A DNA stretch of 64,000 bases from Octopus sinensis (GCF_006345805.1 NC_043004.1:85560001-85624000), one strand, 5' to 3'. Positions 1-14,259 are shown, counted from the stretch's first letter. Translations and numbers: made by a program. Notes: generated by a model not told the origin, from the sequence alone.

Positions 1-230
1 GTCTAAGAGACGCTGAGCAAGTGAAGAGCTTCTTTCTTAGTTGAAATTACAGGTAGATTGTACGTACTTCAGTATATTAGTTACATACTTTGGAATATCA
101 TATCACTTCGACTCAGTACTAGCTTCTACCTGTTAACTTTTATTTTTGTTTCAGCCATTTGTCAGTGGTCAGTCTGGAGTTCCGCATTGGATTGTCTAAA
201 TTGAAACTAAATTGAAAGCAAAGGAAGGAA

Positions 231-264
<34 letters not shown>

Positions 265-402
265 AGAAAGAAAGAAATGAATAAAAAGAAGCGCTAGACA
301 ATAGTTTGTTCTCTCCTGCAGAAGCACTAATTTACCTAGAACCAATTAACAAACTAACATCGGTTGTGAAGTGGTGGTGCGATGGTAACTGAGACACACA
401 TG

Positions 403-439
<37 letters not shown>

Positions 440-517
440 TATATGTATGTATATATGTATATATATTATATATACATATACATATACATATACAATATAT
501 ATATATATATATATAAT

Positions 518-549
<32 letters not shown>

Positions 550-633
550 ATAGATAGGCATACATATTCCATGCATGCATATATATACACCTCCATATAC
601 CATGTAAATATACATGTGTGTGTGTGTGTGTGT
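403..633. repeat. Compound microsatellite (TA)n/(GATA)n/(TG)n
   Basis: Direct reading. Representative of dozens of similar tracts (e.g. 3180-3330, 3890-4430, 4545-5100, 5640-6000, 19990-20415, 35870-36200, 37590-38020, 50290-50520). Confidence 0.95.
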
Positions 634-3250
634 TTGTATAAATGTATACATTCAATGGGCTTCCAGTTTCTGACTGCCAAACATCGGTCAGCATTGTAAT
701 AATAATGGTTTACAGTTTTGACACAAATGCTGCAGTTTGGAGGAAAAAGTTTTAGTTGATTTCATCGGATAAAAGGGTAAGCTGACTTCGATTTGAAATA
801 AGAACGCAAAGATTCAGAACAAGTAACGCAAAGTATTTTAATGACGCTCTAATGTTTCTACCAATCCAGCGTCGATTTTCTTTGATTATTCTTCAAGTCT
901 AGAGGGGAAAAGATGATGGAGGGAATCTGAGGCAGTCATGGTTTTCTAAAATTATTAATGACGTGAATTACCACTTATATAAAGAATCCATAACGAGTTA
1001 AATTCAGTTTAAATTTTCAAAACATTTCCATCTTGTGGTATACTATGAAATACTTATAATTATATCTGAGAATATTCAATCGAAACCCTCAACAATAATT
1101 GATTTGTAACTTTATGATTTGAACACACGCACTTGTTAAAGAAGGGAAATATATTCGATTAAACCGTCTGCAGCTAATGACCAGCAGTTTCATGAGGTCA
1201 AGTTAAATGTAGACTTGTTTATTGTTATTCCTATAATACATAGAAGACATTACGTCGCATTAATTAACTGAGTTCTGTTACATCATTAATTGGTGAAAGA
1301 TTAACAACATTACAGCATGGAATAAATTTACTTCGTCTGACATAGTAACTTTATCCTATAAGAGGATTTATATTTTATAAATTTTATTTCTCTGAACATA
1401 ACATATGGAAGATTATTCCAATAACCATCATCTAAGGAACAACAAGCTAATTATCAAAATCAGTAAATTATCCTTGTATTTAGAACAGAATAATACTATC
1501 AATGGCATATTGGTGGAAATAATGTTCTTGCATTAGTTTAACGGAATGGAAAATAAAGATAAAACTCTCTACATTAATTGTTGATTACAAGACAAATGCT
1601 AAATAATAACCAAAAGTTCGTAAGTAAATTAGTCTACTAAAGATAAGCTCTTTGCTCTATGAAGAATGACCTTTGACATAACTCGTAAATATAACGAGCA
1701 TACAGAGGAACTTGTTTGCTGTTGTCTTTGCTTTTGTAGTTTAATCTCATATGAGCCAGATCGAGTAAAGCTGGAATCAAAGTGGTGCCAACCATGACCG
1801 TCTGGTTTTACACATACAGTGTGGTTAAACAATGCAGAGTTACTCAAATAAAGGAATACAAGTTACACCAATCCAAAGTTTACAATAGTTTGCACTAAGT
1901 CATGATTAATGGAATAAAAAAAAGAACATGACTGCATCTCCATAATGTACCCCCTTTCGCCGTGGTATTGACAATTTTAAACATTTTTACAAGCATCCTC
2001 CAATCATGAGACACGGCATTACTTCCAACATTTCTGTCCACACGAATCTGTCCTCTACTGTGTGAAATACAAATCTAATGCTTCGTTCTTTAACACGTTA
2101 GGGTGAAAGATTTACGAGAGATATGGCTGCACAATGCGAGATCGGTCACAGCTTTCTCAATCTCAGTTGGCTGGATAAGGATGAATTTAGGGCTTCGCAG
2201 CTTCCTAAAGGAGCCATGATTAACAGTGATATGAATACAGGAATTGCAACGTTGACTGTTTGTTTTCTACGCAGTGTTACACTAATCACATAACCCAACA
2301 TGAACTTCCTATTTCAAAAACGTGAAAATGTATCTGGGGATGTTTCTGGCTGATGCGACACAATGTTGGCGAAACACCGATTCCCAGAATCCCTTGTATT
2401 ATTAAATTGAATGTGTTATAAACACACATTCTCTGTAAATAAATTGTTCTGTGTCAAACGCATCATTGTTTAGCATATCCAGGTTCAAATTGCCTGGAAC
2501 GTAATAAGAATACATATAGAATTCATCGTTATTATGTGATTTGGCTGTTATTATTAGCAGGAATACTCGCCTCCAATTTGTATGAGGTGGATGAAGTAAC
2601 GAAGAAACAAGCAAAAATCATTAAATGGTTACTCGAGTAAGAAAAGAAGAAACAAGCTAAAACAAATGCAGTTATAATATCGTTGAAGAACAGCTAGAGA
2701 GAACAGAATAAGAAAGGAAAAAATCCCAGCGGGTTGTTAGTAAGCAAAAGCGAAAGATCACTTAGGTTACACAAATACTACTTGCCATAATTGCTATATA
2801 GTTGATATGAAAGGAAACGAAAATACAAAGGAAAACACGATGTAAAAAATATATAAATAATATATTCCCATTGTAAGAGATAATATCACATAGTTTTTGT
2901 TGGGTTTTTTTTTTGTTTTTTGGTTCTTTTGCTTTGTTAAGCTTTTTAGGTATTTCTTTGTTTATTTATTTGCCTTTTTCTGGTGAATCGATCTATGAAA
3001 AAAAAAAGGAAACACCATTTTCATCATTGATGATATCTTTATCGGTAGTTTCGATGGCTCTCTATGATTATAGAAATGTTTTCTATACAAACGTATTTCA
3101 AAAAGCAAAAAAAAAACAGTTATATATGTGTTGTGCGTGTGTGTGAGTGTGTACGTGTGTGAGCCTCTGTTGAGGGCATGTATAATATATATGTAAGTAT
3201 ATATATATGTATATATATGTATATATATATATATATATATAATATATATC

Positions 3251-3288
<38 letters not shown>

Positions 3289-3409
3289 TAATATATGTAT
3301 GTATGTATGTATGTATATAATATATATATTATATATACGTAGAATCGAAACAGTCATCTATTCATACGTGTATGTGCATGTGTTGATGGCTGTCGAAGTG
3401 AGACCGTAG

Positions 3410-3441
<32 letters not shown>

Positions 3442-3981
3442 GCGATTGTGTGTGTTTGTGCCCGTCTGTCTGACTCTGTCTCTCCCCCTCTCACTCTCTC
3501 TCTCTCTCTCTCGCTCTTTTTTTCTGTATGCATGCTTATGTGTGTGAGCGTGCGTGTGTGCATGTGTGTTAATCGCGGTCATAAACCCTGGGTACTAATA
3601 TGTATCTATATGGCGACTGAATAAAAAATTTGCCATTTTATTGACGCATGGGTTTTAAAGCGTCTCTTCTATGGCAGACATTTTCCATGTATGTTGCGTG
3701 TGTGTGTCTATATAAAGAACTTCCCCCATTCATTTCAGACTACTATTGCAACAGACCATCACCGGCAATAACATATAAAAAAAATAATACAATCGATCTC
3801 GCAGACTACCAGTCAACAAAACATTGCTGTAACTCTTTTATGTTCATATGAGCAAAAGCCAGAAATGAACCACGGACATTACTCATATGCATATATATAT
3901 ATATTATATATATATATATATATATACGCAAACACACATGTGTCTTTGTGTGTGCTTGTGTTTAAGTGTCTGTGTGTGTAT

Positions 3982-4041
<60 letters not shown>

Positions 4042-4346
4042 GTTCGCACAAAACGCACACACATACAAAAAACAACACACATATTCACACGTATATTTAC
4101 AAATACATACGCATGCGCACAAAAATTTACGCACATATAGAAAAATCTAACACTTAATTACAAATAAATATTCTAAAAAACTAAAACTAAATAACCATAT
4201 TTACGGACTTCTAGCAACATACTTTGGGCAACACAATTTGTCTGCATATGAGTGTATATAAACGAAAAAACATAAACATATATGCATATTGCAACAAAAC
4301 AAGCAGCACGAATATATATATATATATATATACATATGTGTGTGTG

Positions 4347-4379
<33 letters not shown>

Positions 4380-4552
4380 TGTATACATTCATACATACAT
4401 ACATATATATATATGTATATACATACACACAACTGAAAATCATAGGCATACACGCATATACACACTCATGTATGTAGACCCATATGTGTCGAATGCCAGT
4501 CAATCTCCCTCACTCCACCCCCTCTTTCTCTAGCTTTCTCTGTATATATATG

Positions 4553-4616
<64 letters not shown>

Positions 4617-4705
4617 TTACAGAAGGAGAATGTTTGTAATATATACACACATGCGCATGTAGATGTATTTATTGAATTTGTATATGCTTGTGTTATCATA
4701 TATGG

Positions 4706-4740
<35 letters not shown>

Positions 4741-4904
4741 ATATTATATATATATACATATAAATACATACATATATATATATATTATATATATATGTAT
4801 ATATACGCAAAATTGGATATATATACATATATATATATATAGAACGAGAGAGAGAGAAAGGAAGAAGTAAAAAAATAGATGCAGACAGACAGACAGACAG
4901 ACAC

Positions 4905-5085
<181 letters not shown>

Positions 5086-5640
5086 CCGACAGATAGATAG
5101 ATGAAACCGCCTGAACGCTTCCAAACTTTAAACATTAACGAGGTATTTCTATCATGTGACGATGATAAAATCAGGTTATCTGAGCACTCGTTTTAACTGA
5201 TGTCTGTGTGTGCTTACGGTTCTAACTTTGGCATTTGATCGATATTCCTGTTATGTTCTAGATTGCAGATTTGAATTTCGTTGTGTCAATATTTTCTGCG
5301 AATCATTGTTTTTGTATATGCGTGTTTCCTGCTACGAAAGACTATTATTATGTCTCTACATGTTTGCTGTTTGTACCTATGATTAAGAGAGCGCCAATTT
5401 AATATGCATGTTTAACATGAATGCTCGTTTGCGTAATGAATGTGTGTGTACATGTGGCTATATGTCAGCTGTAAAACACCACATGTTCACGCAGTATGTG
5501 TTCATGTCTATGAGTCCATTTGTGCAAGTTTGCCACAAATGCATAAGGATATTTTTGGTACATTTTTACAAACATGAATGATTGCGTTTACATACGCACA
5601 CACACACATACGTACGCATGCACTTAAATATATACATGCG

Positions 5641-5805
<165 letters not shown>

Positions 5806-6515
5806 TTAGATAGATGTCCATATATACATATACATATATATATATATAGAGAGAGAGAAATTTATATATACATGTATTTATAATATAGAGACATAGATAT
5901 ATATGCACATTTACATAGATATGTACATATATTATATATAATATATATATATATAGATATATATATATATATATATATAATACAACGTTAATATATGAAT
6001 ATATATAAATGTATACATACATATTGTATGCATCTATACGTATGAATGTATGCATTTTTGTATGTGTGTATGTATGTATATATGTATGTATGCATGAATG
6101 TATGTATGTGTGTATGTATGTTTTTAATGCGGAAGTTCTGTTCATGCTTGTATGAGTTTGGAGCAAAGGGGGATTATACTTAATAAGCGCATGTTTCGTT
6201 CGAAATCAGTTTCTCTAGGCGTGTGCAAGATTACTACGAATGGAAATGTATTTGTGCCGTTTGGCTCTGTATATATATGGTGCATGTGAGCGCATGTTTG
6301 CAAATTTAAATAAAAATGCTTACGTAATGCACATTTATAATGAAAGACTAGAGCCTACGTAGATACGCCATTTTTGTTGTGCTTGTATATTGTGTGTTTT
6401 TCTGTGGTAGTGTACATGTGTGTGTATTGTGTGTGTTGTGTCCGTGTGTGCGGGTCTATGTGGTGTGTATGTGTGTGTGTGTGTTCTCTGTGTGTGTGGA
6501 TCAGTGTGTGTATGT

Positions 6516-6546
<31 letters not shown>

Positions 6547-6658
6547 GTGCACGTATTTGTGTATGTGTGCACGTCTGTAATGATTCATTTGCCAGGACAC
6601 TAAACAGCAACATAAACCCACCAGGAAACTTCAAAGATTATGGACATTATATAAAAAG

Positions 6659-6732
<74 letters not shown>

Positions 6733-7240
6733 CTGTGTGTGCTAGTGCGTGTGTGTGTATTCATTTTTCTATACTTTTACGTTTCAATCATTTTGAGTGC
6801 GGTTAAGCTGGAGCACGGCCTTTAGTCGTACAAATTGACGCTTGGACTTATTCTTTGTAAGCCTAGTTACATAAACACGTCAGCAACGGTTGCCAGGGGA
6901 TGGCGAGGAATACAGAAATTTGTAAACATTGCAGATACATCACCATAAGAAAATTTATTTCGTTGTTTGTCCACAGATACTAATTATTATCGACATTCTC
7001 TTTCAGATGACTCAAAATATCGGAGGCAAATCAAAACCCTCCTATCATACTAGCAAGGGTTGCGGAGATTATGAGATACGCATGAACTCACTGCCAGCGA
7101 TGTACGAAGCGTAAATCTTGCCAACGATACAGCAAATCAATCAACGATATTTCGCTGGTATTGCTAATATATATAGACGAGCGATTGAACAAACGAAAGA
7201 AGGGCACTCAACATTTTTATTGGGAATTACAAATATGGAT

Positions 7241-7318
<78 letters not shown>

Positions 7319-7321
<3 letters not shown>

Positions 7322-7714
7322 CCCACGCTGCTGTACTGCCCCAACCTCTCCAACGCCACCATCTTCACAGATACCCATCATCATCCTTGTCACATCACCG
7401 ACTCATTTACCTGCACATCTAGTAATGTCATTTACTGCATGGCCTGCTCCTTCTGCCCTTCCCTGTACATCGGTCAATCGGGACGCCCTTTGGCTGACCT
7501 GTTCCCGGAGCGCCTCCGAGAAATCGGGCTCAGCAATGACATGTCGGTCTCGCGCCATTTCCACTCCTCAAGTCATTCACTATAAAATCTGTCTTTGTTC
7601 CGACTGTCTTTGCACAGGAACCATCCGGTTCCCAGCCTTCACTGTCAACAAGAATTAATCTCTCTTCGCTCCTTTGCACAACATGGACTCAACTCCCTTC
7701 CTCTCTTCATCTGA
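7319..7714 (+). pseudogene. Penelope-like element GIY-YIG endonuclease C-terminal remnant
   Basis: Translation ...ITDSFTCTSSNVIYCMACSFCPSLYIGQSGRPLADLFPERLREI...VSRHFHSSSHSL*...QHGLN: VIY/YIG motifs with a CxxC insert and the GLN terminus typical of PLE endonucleases. In-frame stop at 7583-7585. Starts directly after a (TA)n tract. Confidence 0.85.
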
Positions 7715-8108
7715 CACCTAGTTCCTGTCTCCAGTCATACCTGCCTCCTCTCTTTATTGATACAAACTTCTAAGCCACACACACACACACACACACACGC
7801 ACATACACTACACCACCACACCACACCACCATGCCACACCACAACATTCCCCATACACTAGCACTGAGCAATTCCCTGCATCAACACCATACACCGTTAT
7901 CCAGGTTCATGATATGCAGTTTCATTTGGTACTCCTGTGTAAGTCTGAGCAATGCGAATCCGAATCGACGTAATGCAAATGCATATATGTGCGTGCATTT
8001 GTGTGAGTGTGTGTGTATGTGTGTGTGTGTGCGTGTATGTGTGTGTGTTATTGTATACGCTGAGGGTCATTTTGCGCACTAATTCTATCTTACTTCGTTT
8101 TGTTAATA

Positions 8109-8300
8109 GGCGGCGAGCTAGCAGAAAAGGTGCCGACCTGGATGCAATACTTAGCTCTACGTCACCTGTAGCTACGTCTTAAGTTTTCATTCACCCGAGT
8201 TCGACTTTGCCTTCCATCCTTTCGGGACCAGTGAAATAAATACCAACCAGAGACTGGGGTCGTTGTATTAAACTAGTCTCCTTCCCCGAAATTTCAGGTC
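8109..8300 (+). mobile_element. tRNA-derived SINE family A, degenerate copy
   Basis: GGCGGCGAGCTAGCAGAA head and GACTTTGCCTTCCATCCTTTCGGG core shared with the copies at 55651 and 57559. Confidence 0.7.
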
Positions 8301-9050
8301 ACGTACACATTGCACAAATGAATATTATTGTTAATAGTTTACTCGTTAGCCATTCAATCAATTAAGTAATCGGTTATTTGATTAATTGATTAATTTTTTG
8401 ACCAGTTAATCAGCCAGCTGGCTTAACAGAATTCTTTTGCCTCCATTTACACGCTCAACCAGGAGTTTAATTGTCTTCAATCAAGATGTGTGTAAATGGG
8501 TGACTGCATATTTGGATGTAAGTGTGTGTATGTATGTCTCTCTAGAGGTATGTGTGAGTTTGTGCGCGGTGTGCATGTTGTGGGCGAATGTGTGGTTGTG
8601 TTATTTTGCTGGTCAGCGGAGTTAGACTCAATACATTTTTGAGCACACTGATCCGCAATCGATTACAAACCCGAAGATTTGCAAGAACATTGCGAGATAT
8701 AATCATTAATCATTTGAAAGCCTACATTTGGATAAACACAAATTTATATTCTATCATACCTGCATTATGTTTACATCCATGGTTTAACTTTTCAACTGAT
8801 TAATTTTTCATCTTTCACAATCTATATTATATTCATTGATATCTCCTTTATTTTAACTCTCTGCATTGTATAAACATTGCATTCATTTATGCATTTATTA
8901 CATCAAGATATTGCAAATTATTAACGTTTCGTATGTCTTAATCGTTCAAAGAATAAATAACTCTAATGCATGATTAATGAGAACGAAAAAGCTGTTCACC
9001 TCAAAAGACTTAACACTACACCTAAAACTGAAACTAATAAACATATTATA

Positions 9051-9601
9051 TTGAGTTGTCCAGAAAGTTCGTGCCGATTTATAGTAGCTTGCCTTTCGAT
9101 TTATTTTACAACATGGTTGGATTTGAATACCTCCATTTAGAGCACATTTTAAGGTATCATTTCGTGGAAGAATGTTTATGTTCCTATAACATGTGTTAAT
9201 TTTGTGACCCTTTAAAATAGACGATAAGAAAGTTTAGTTTTCGGCACTTGATGCTTTGGGAACCAGACAAAAATTGCTTCAGCTCGGCTGGGATATGTTA
9301 GCCCACCCTCCATCTTCACCAGATATGGCTCCTTTGGATTTCCAATTATTCAGGTGTCTGCAGAATTGTCTTAATGGGAAAAAATTTCAATTCCTTGGAT
9401 GACGTAAAAAAATACCTTGTTGAATTCTTTGCCATGAAACCACCTCAATTCTAGGAAGAGGGTATTTACAAGTTAGAGGAAAGATGGAGACGCATTGTGC
9501 AGCAAAATGGTTCATGTTTGGTTGATTAAAAATATAATGGCAAGTATTTATTGACCTTTTCCTTTCCTTAAAATTTTGACACGAACTTTCGGTCAACCCA
9601 A
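9051..9601 (+). mobile_element. Internally deleted mariner element (non-autonomous)
   Basis: TA flanks at 9049-50 and 9602-03. ~25-bp imperfect TIRs (TTGAGTTGTCCAGAAAGTTCGTG / rc TTGGGTTGACC-GAAAGTTCGTG). Internal remnant reads LGWDMLAHPPSSPDMAPLDFQLFR...EGIYKLEERWRRIVQQNGSCLVD* (YSPDLAPSD-like motif). Confidence 0.85.
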
Positions 9602-9654
9602 TACCAGCTGTTACCTACTGGTAGGAACCTTGGATAGTTTACAGAACAATAAAT

Positions 9655-9935
9655 AAGATATATGTCTCTTTAAAATGTGGAGCTTTCACCGATTGGCTGG
9701 AAAGAAACGGTAACAAACGCTGAAGCAGTAGAAGAGCTGAAACCCAAAGACATATATATATTTTGTTATTCAACGTACCACAAGTTATTGTCAAAGACCA
9801 TTCTGACTGGAAGTGTTAAGGAGACGAGAGTAAAAGGCTGTCAAATGGTTTTGAGGATTAAGGGAGCAAAAGAAGATACTGAATGCAAGAGTCCGGATGA
9901 TTGCATTCTGGGCAACGCAAGGGTTCATGGCTGAT
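9655..9935 (+). mobile_element. RTE-clade LINE 3' coding remnant
   Basis: Degenerate KIDAFEMW-like start (AAAATGTGGAGCTTTCACC) and LSKTILTGSVKETRVKG, resembling the RTE C-terminal KTILQGxVEGxRxRG motif. Confidence 0.55.
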
Positions 9936-10095
9936 GACGGTAAGTGATTAACTTCTCATTGCGGGTCGATATCCTATTCGTTTTCGACCAACTTTATAGA
10001 AATGCAAAAAGATACTTATCATTTCAGTCATTCTTCTGCGGCCATGCTGGGACACCATCTTCAATTGCAGTCGAATGTATCGACTTAGTACTTAG

Positions 10096-10150
<55 letters not shown>

Positions 10151-10162
10151 CACATATATATA

Positions 10163-11761
10163 CAGTTGGGGCCAAAATGTTCAGAACGGCATTTTTTTCG
10201 CCAGAAAAATAGGTATAAGTTTTTATCAAAGTTGTTTTATATTCTATAATTTTCACAGACAATAAATACAATATTAGTTGTTATTGTGTGAGATGTTGGT
10301 GTAATTTGAGAGGATAATACAAAAGTTATGGATGATTTAGTGATTTACTGCAAAACCCATGGCGACCAAAATGATCAGAACGGTTTCTTTTACTCCGTGT
10401 TTTAGTATTTTTAACCGGCGAACTGTAATGTTTTGAATTTGTTTACGTGATGGTTCGTTTACTAAACATTAGTAAGAATATCTGCAGTGTACTTTGTTAA
10501 TATAATGCCACTTACTCCGTTACCAATTCGTCAGCAGATTATTAAGCTTCGAAAGAAGGATAATTTAAGTATTGGGTCTATTGCAAAGATTGTTAACAAG
10601 TCAAAAAGTGTTGTTCACGGTATTCTTAAGGTCTTCGATGATTGTGGTTCGTGTGAAGCAAGAAAGTCTACAGGTAGGCCAAGAAAAACGATCAAGGGAG
10701 AAGATCGTGCTATGGTAAAGCTGGTTAAAAAGGACAGATTTAAAACTGCTGCTGCTGTTTCTTGGGAAATGAGCATTGTACTGAAGAAAACGTTATCTCG
10801 AAAAACTGTGTCTCATCGTGTAGTTGAACATAACCTACAAGCAAGATCACCTGCAGTGAAGCCACTGATCCGATCCAAAAATAAAAACTGTCGTCTTACC
10901 TATGCAACCGAACATGTGTTGTGGTCTCAAGAAAAATGGCAAACGGTGCATTTCAGTGATGAATCTATGTTTATGTTATTTGGCTCAGATGAAAAGTAGG
11001 TGAAAAATTGTCGCCTAAATGCCTTAAGACTAGTGTTAAATTCGGTGTTGGAAGCGTCATGGTTTGTGGGATGATATCTGGAGATGGTGTGGGCTCTTTG
11101 GTGCGATTACACGGAAAAGTAAATTCAGAAGTCTATGTACAACTTGTAAAAGATCATGTCTTGCCTGTGCTGAGAAATTCAACTAAGCGACCACCCATTT
11201 TCATGCAGGGCAATGCCCCATGTCACAAGGCTAAGGTGGTCATGAACTTCCTCAAGGCTGAAAAGGTTATTATTATGGATTGGCCTGCTAAAAGCCCAGA
11301 TCGCAATCCTATTGAAAATGTGTGGAATATTCTAGGAGAACGTTCGAAAGCCAGGAATCCTAAAACAACCGAGCAATTATGGAATGTCCTTCAGGAAGAA
11401 TGGAATAAGATCACCTAGCAAGAAATTGAAAATTTAATTTCCTCATGCAGTCAAAGATGTCAAAGTGTGATTGAAGCTAAAGGGCTTCACACTAAATATT
11501 AAATAATTCCAGTATTCTCTGTTATTTTTTATTATTTTGTTATTTTTTCAATCGTTCTGGTCCTTTTGGCCGTCATGGGTCTTGCAGTAAATCACTAAAT
11601 CATCCATAACTTTTGTATTATCCTCTCAAATTACGCCAAATCCTCAGACAATAACACTTAATATCGTATTTATTGTCTGTGAAAATTATAGAACACAAAA
11701 CAACTTTGATAAAAACTTATCTGGCGAAACAATGCCGTTCTGAACATTTTGGCCGCAACTG
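10163..11761 (+). mobile_element. Tc1-family DNA transposon with long IR/DR-type TIRs, near full length
   Basis: TA|CAGTTG...CAACTG|TA. TIRs ~10163-10383 and ~11552-11761, each with outer and inner direct repeats (CCAAAATGTTCAGAACG / CCAAAATGATCAGAACG). Confidence 0.95.
10505..11502 (+). pseudogene. Tc1 DD34E transposase, disrupted
   Basis: HTH with GRPRKT linker, FSDES (D1), MQGNAPCH (D2 changed to G), 34 residues, then SPDRNPIE (E), C-terminus GLHTKY*. Stop/frameshift near 10997-11008 and stop at 11416-11418. Confidence 0.92.
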
Positions 11762-12165
11762 TATATATTGTGTCTATGGAGAGCCATCATGCCAATATAA
11801 TTAGCAAACACAATATGATTAAATATTTCACACAACGAAAGAGTTTTAGCGATGAATATTTCAGATATTTCATAAATACGTGGAATTGAACCATTGTTTC
11901 AACATACGAATTCACACAAATTGTCTTGCAAACGAGATATATAAACGAAGTATATATATATATATATATATATAAATTAGAGGAAATAGATAAGGTTCTC
12001 TGGCTGATATTTCTAAATTTCGGTATGTGGTAAAGCAAATCTTTGTTGTACCCTAATGATACAATATTACTTAAGTTTACCGAGAAATGGTCCCTTTTCA
12101 TGCCAAATTCTACTTGGTGAAACTATTGATTACTAGTTAATTACTTGATTTTACCTTTTGTTACT

Positions 12166-12231
<66 letters not shown>

Positions 12232-12375
12232 GTATAGGGGTTTAGTTAACAGGTGATGTAAACGACTAGGTACGCTGGGTAAGTGGTGTAACAGATTACC
12301 AGGGTTCCAACCTCATCGCCGAGACGAGGGTTATAGAACCATTGTAGATTTACGATATAGCGGGTATATATTTTG

Positions 12376-12545
12376 AAGACAGATGCCTCTTTAAAATGTG
12401 GAGCTTTCACCAAGTGGGAAAGCGTAAGCTAAAAAGAAACGGGTGCAAACGCTTCAGAAGTAGAGGAGCTGAAAGACCAAGGCCATCTATATGTCATATT
12501 GTTTTATATTCAACGCGCCAGGTTGTTATCAAAGACCATTGCTTA
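12376..12545 (+). mobile_element. Second diverged copy of the RTE 3' remnant seen at 9655
   Basis: Shares CTCTTTAAAATGTGGAGCTTTCACC...GAGCTGAAA...TATTCAACG...TTAT(T)GTCAAAGACCATT-like blocks with 9666-9802. Confidence 0.6.
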
Positions 12546-12556
12546 ATACACACGCG

Positions 12557-12610
<54 letters not shown>

Positions 12611-13305
12611 ATATAGTTATGGTATATACTTTTAAGAATATCTCAACTACCTTCTGATTACACCTTGTGTTATCATTAGTAGTATCATACGTATTTCCAT
12701 GTTTGACTTTGGGCATTTGTCAGGTGTGAATAGATAGTTGAAAAAATTTGGTGTCAGCAAGAAGGATTACGTTTGGACATTTATTTTCTAATCACTACAA
12801 TTGTTCCACGCAACATAGTTTTCCAGGCGTGCAGGTACTTGATTATGCAACTGGTCCCCTGCATTATGGGATCTACTTCTGTTTTCTCAGGCGATATATA
12901 AATATTGTTTCCGTAATTTCACATTCCCTGCTTCAAGAACATCCTGTCTCTCTGTCGAGGCCTAAATTTAGCAGACGAGGTAAATACGTGAACAACGTAA
13001 ATGGAAAACAGGACAAGTAAACACAGAGAAAGGACCCATCACCAGTTGTCGGTGTTCTATCTACTCCTCATTTCTAGCATTCAACGACGGTGTCCAGGAG
13101 ATCAAAGATGGTAGGTGAAGCTATGTAAGTGCTACGGAAAGCACGTAGTTAGACTCCCGGTTCGATAATAATATGAGTGAGGATTTTAATGCGGGTCTTG
13201 CGTGAGTTTGTATATGTTAAATAAAGTGAGACAACAAAGCTAAGTCTGTGTAGACTTTGTAGCATTTTATATCTTCATTTTATATTTTTATAATTGTACT
13301 TTATA

Positions 13306-13437
13306 ATCTCTGACGAGGCCTTGAGATATATATATATGTATAAGTAACTCATTTTTAACTGCATATTACCTCAATGCATCTGACTAATATGGGCATAATG
13401 AGATACTCTTATCTACAGGCTGAAACAGCTGTAAGAT
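13306..13437 (+). ncRNA. Type I hammerhead ribozyme motif with long stem II
   Basis: Stem I ATCT(13306-09)/AGAT(13434-37); core CTGACGA 13310-16; stem II GGCCT/AGGCT enclosing an AT-rich insert (105 nt in total); GAAA 13422-25; palindromic stem III CAGCTG; cleavage triplet GUA 13431-33. Confidence 0.75.
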
Positions 13438-13649
13438 CCATTTTATATGTATTATTCTTATGGTATTATCTTACTTATTGATGTATATTGTTTTATTCTA
13501 TCTTATTCTGTTGGATTTGGATGTTCCTATTTAATCTAAGTAATTAGTTAATAAATTATATGAATTGGTATTATCTGGAATTGGATGATTGAAAGAAATC
13601 TATTCCTCCATTTTCTTATTTTGTATATATATATACGACGATCTTGTTT

Positions 13650-13800
13650 TAGTAACCATCGACCAAATCCATTCACGTGGCCTTGGTCTGTCCGAGGCTG
13701 TAGTAGAAGACACCTGCCCAAGTTGCCCTGCAGTGGGACTGAACACCAAAGCATGGGTTTCGAAGCCAGCTTCTTATCACTCAGCCAAAGCTGTGCCTAA
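13650..13800 (-). mobile_element. tRNA-derived SINE family B, 5' portion
   Basis: Reverse complement matches the head of the 48488 copy (GTTCAGTCCCACTGC...TTGGGCA.GTGTCTTCTACTA). Confidence 0.7.
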
Positions 13801-14259
13801 CTTGAATAGCAAGTGTTTCGATACGTGTTTGTGTGCTGAAATTAAAGCTATTTCTGCGCGGAAGACATAATTTAGTCAGGCAGAAGCGCATACAGGACGT
13901 CAAATTCCCTGAGAAGTTTATTTGTAGATTGAAACCGACGAAAAGTTTTGCCTCAAACGAATTTGTTGCAATCGCTGAATGGAAATAATTTAATAATTTA
14001 TGTGCAACATTATAAGAATTACTGCAGTTATCAACTCCCAAATGCAACACAGAAAAGTTCCCGGAACGAAAGTGGTGTTGCCTTAGTGTCTAACATTTTA
14101 AAATAACAGATTAGTTTCAATCGTCCAGTGATTTTTCTGGAAATATCTGGTAATAGACATTGTAATTCAGAGACTATATATATTTAAAACACGTACGCAT
14201 GCGTATAAAGACAAATGTATTTGCAAACCACAAAGTCACAAATTGAATACTCACAGTCT

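Noticed and set aside
1629-2070. Possible minus-strand host exons (…VKPDGHGWHHFDSS…; …RGQIRVDRNVG…)
   Set aside because: No convincing family match or consistent splice sites by eye. Needs RNA-seq or BLASTx.
7118-7585. 155-aa ORF as an intact gene
   Set aside because: Chimeric: an unrelated upstream segment is joined through a (TA)n tract to a stop-interrupted PLE endonuclease remnant.
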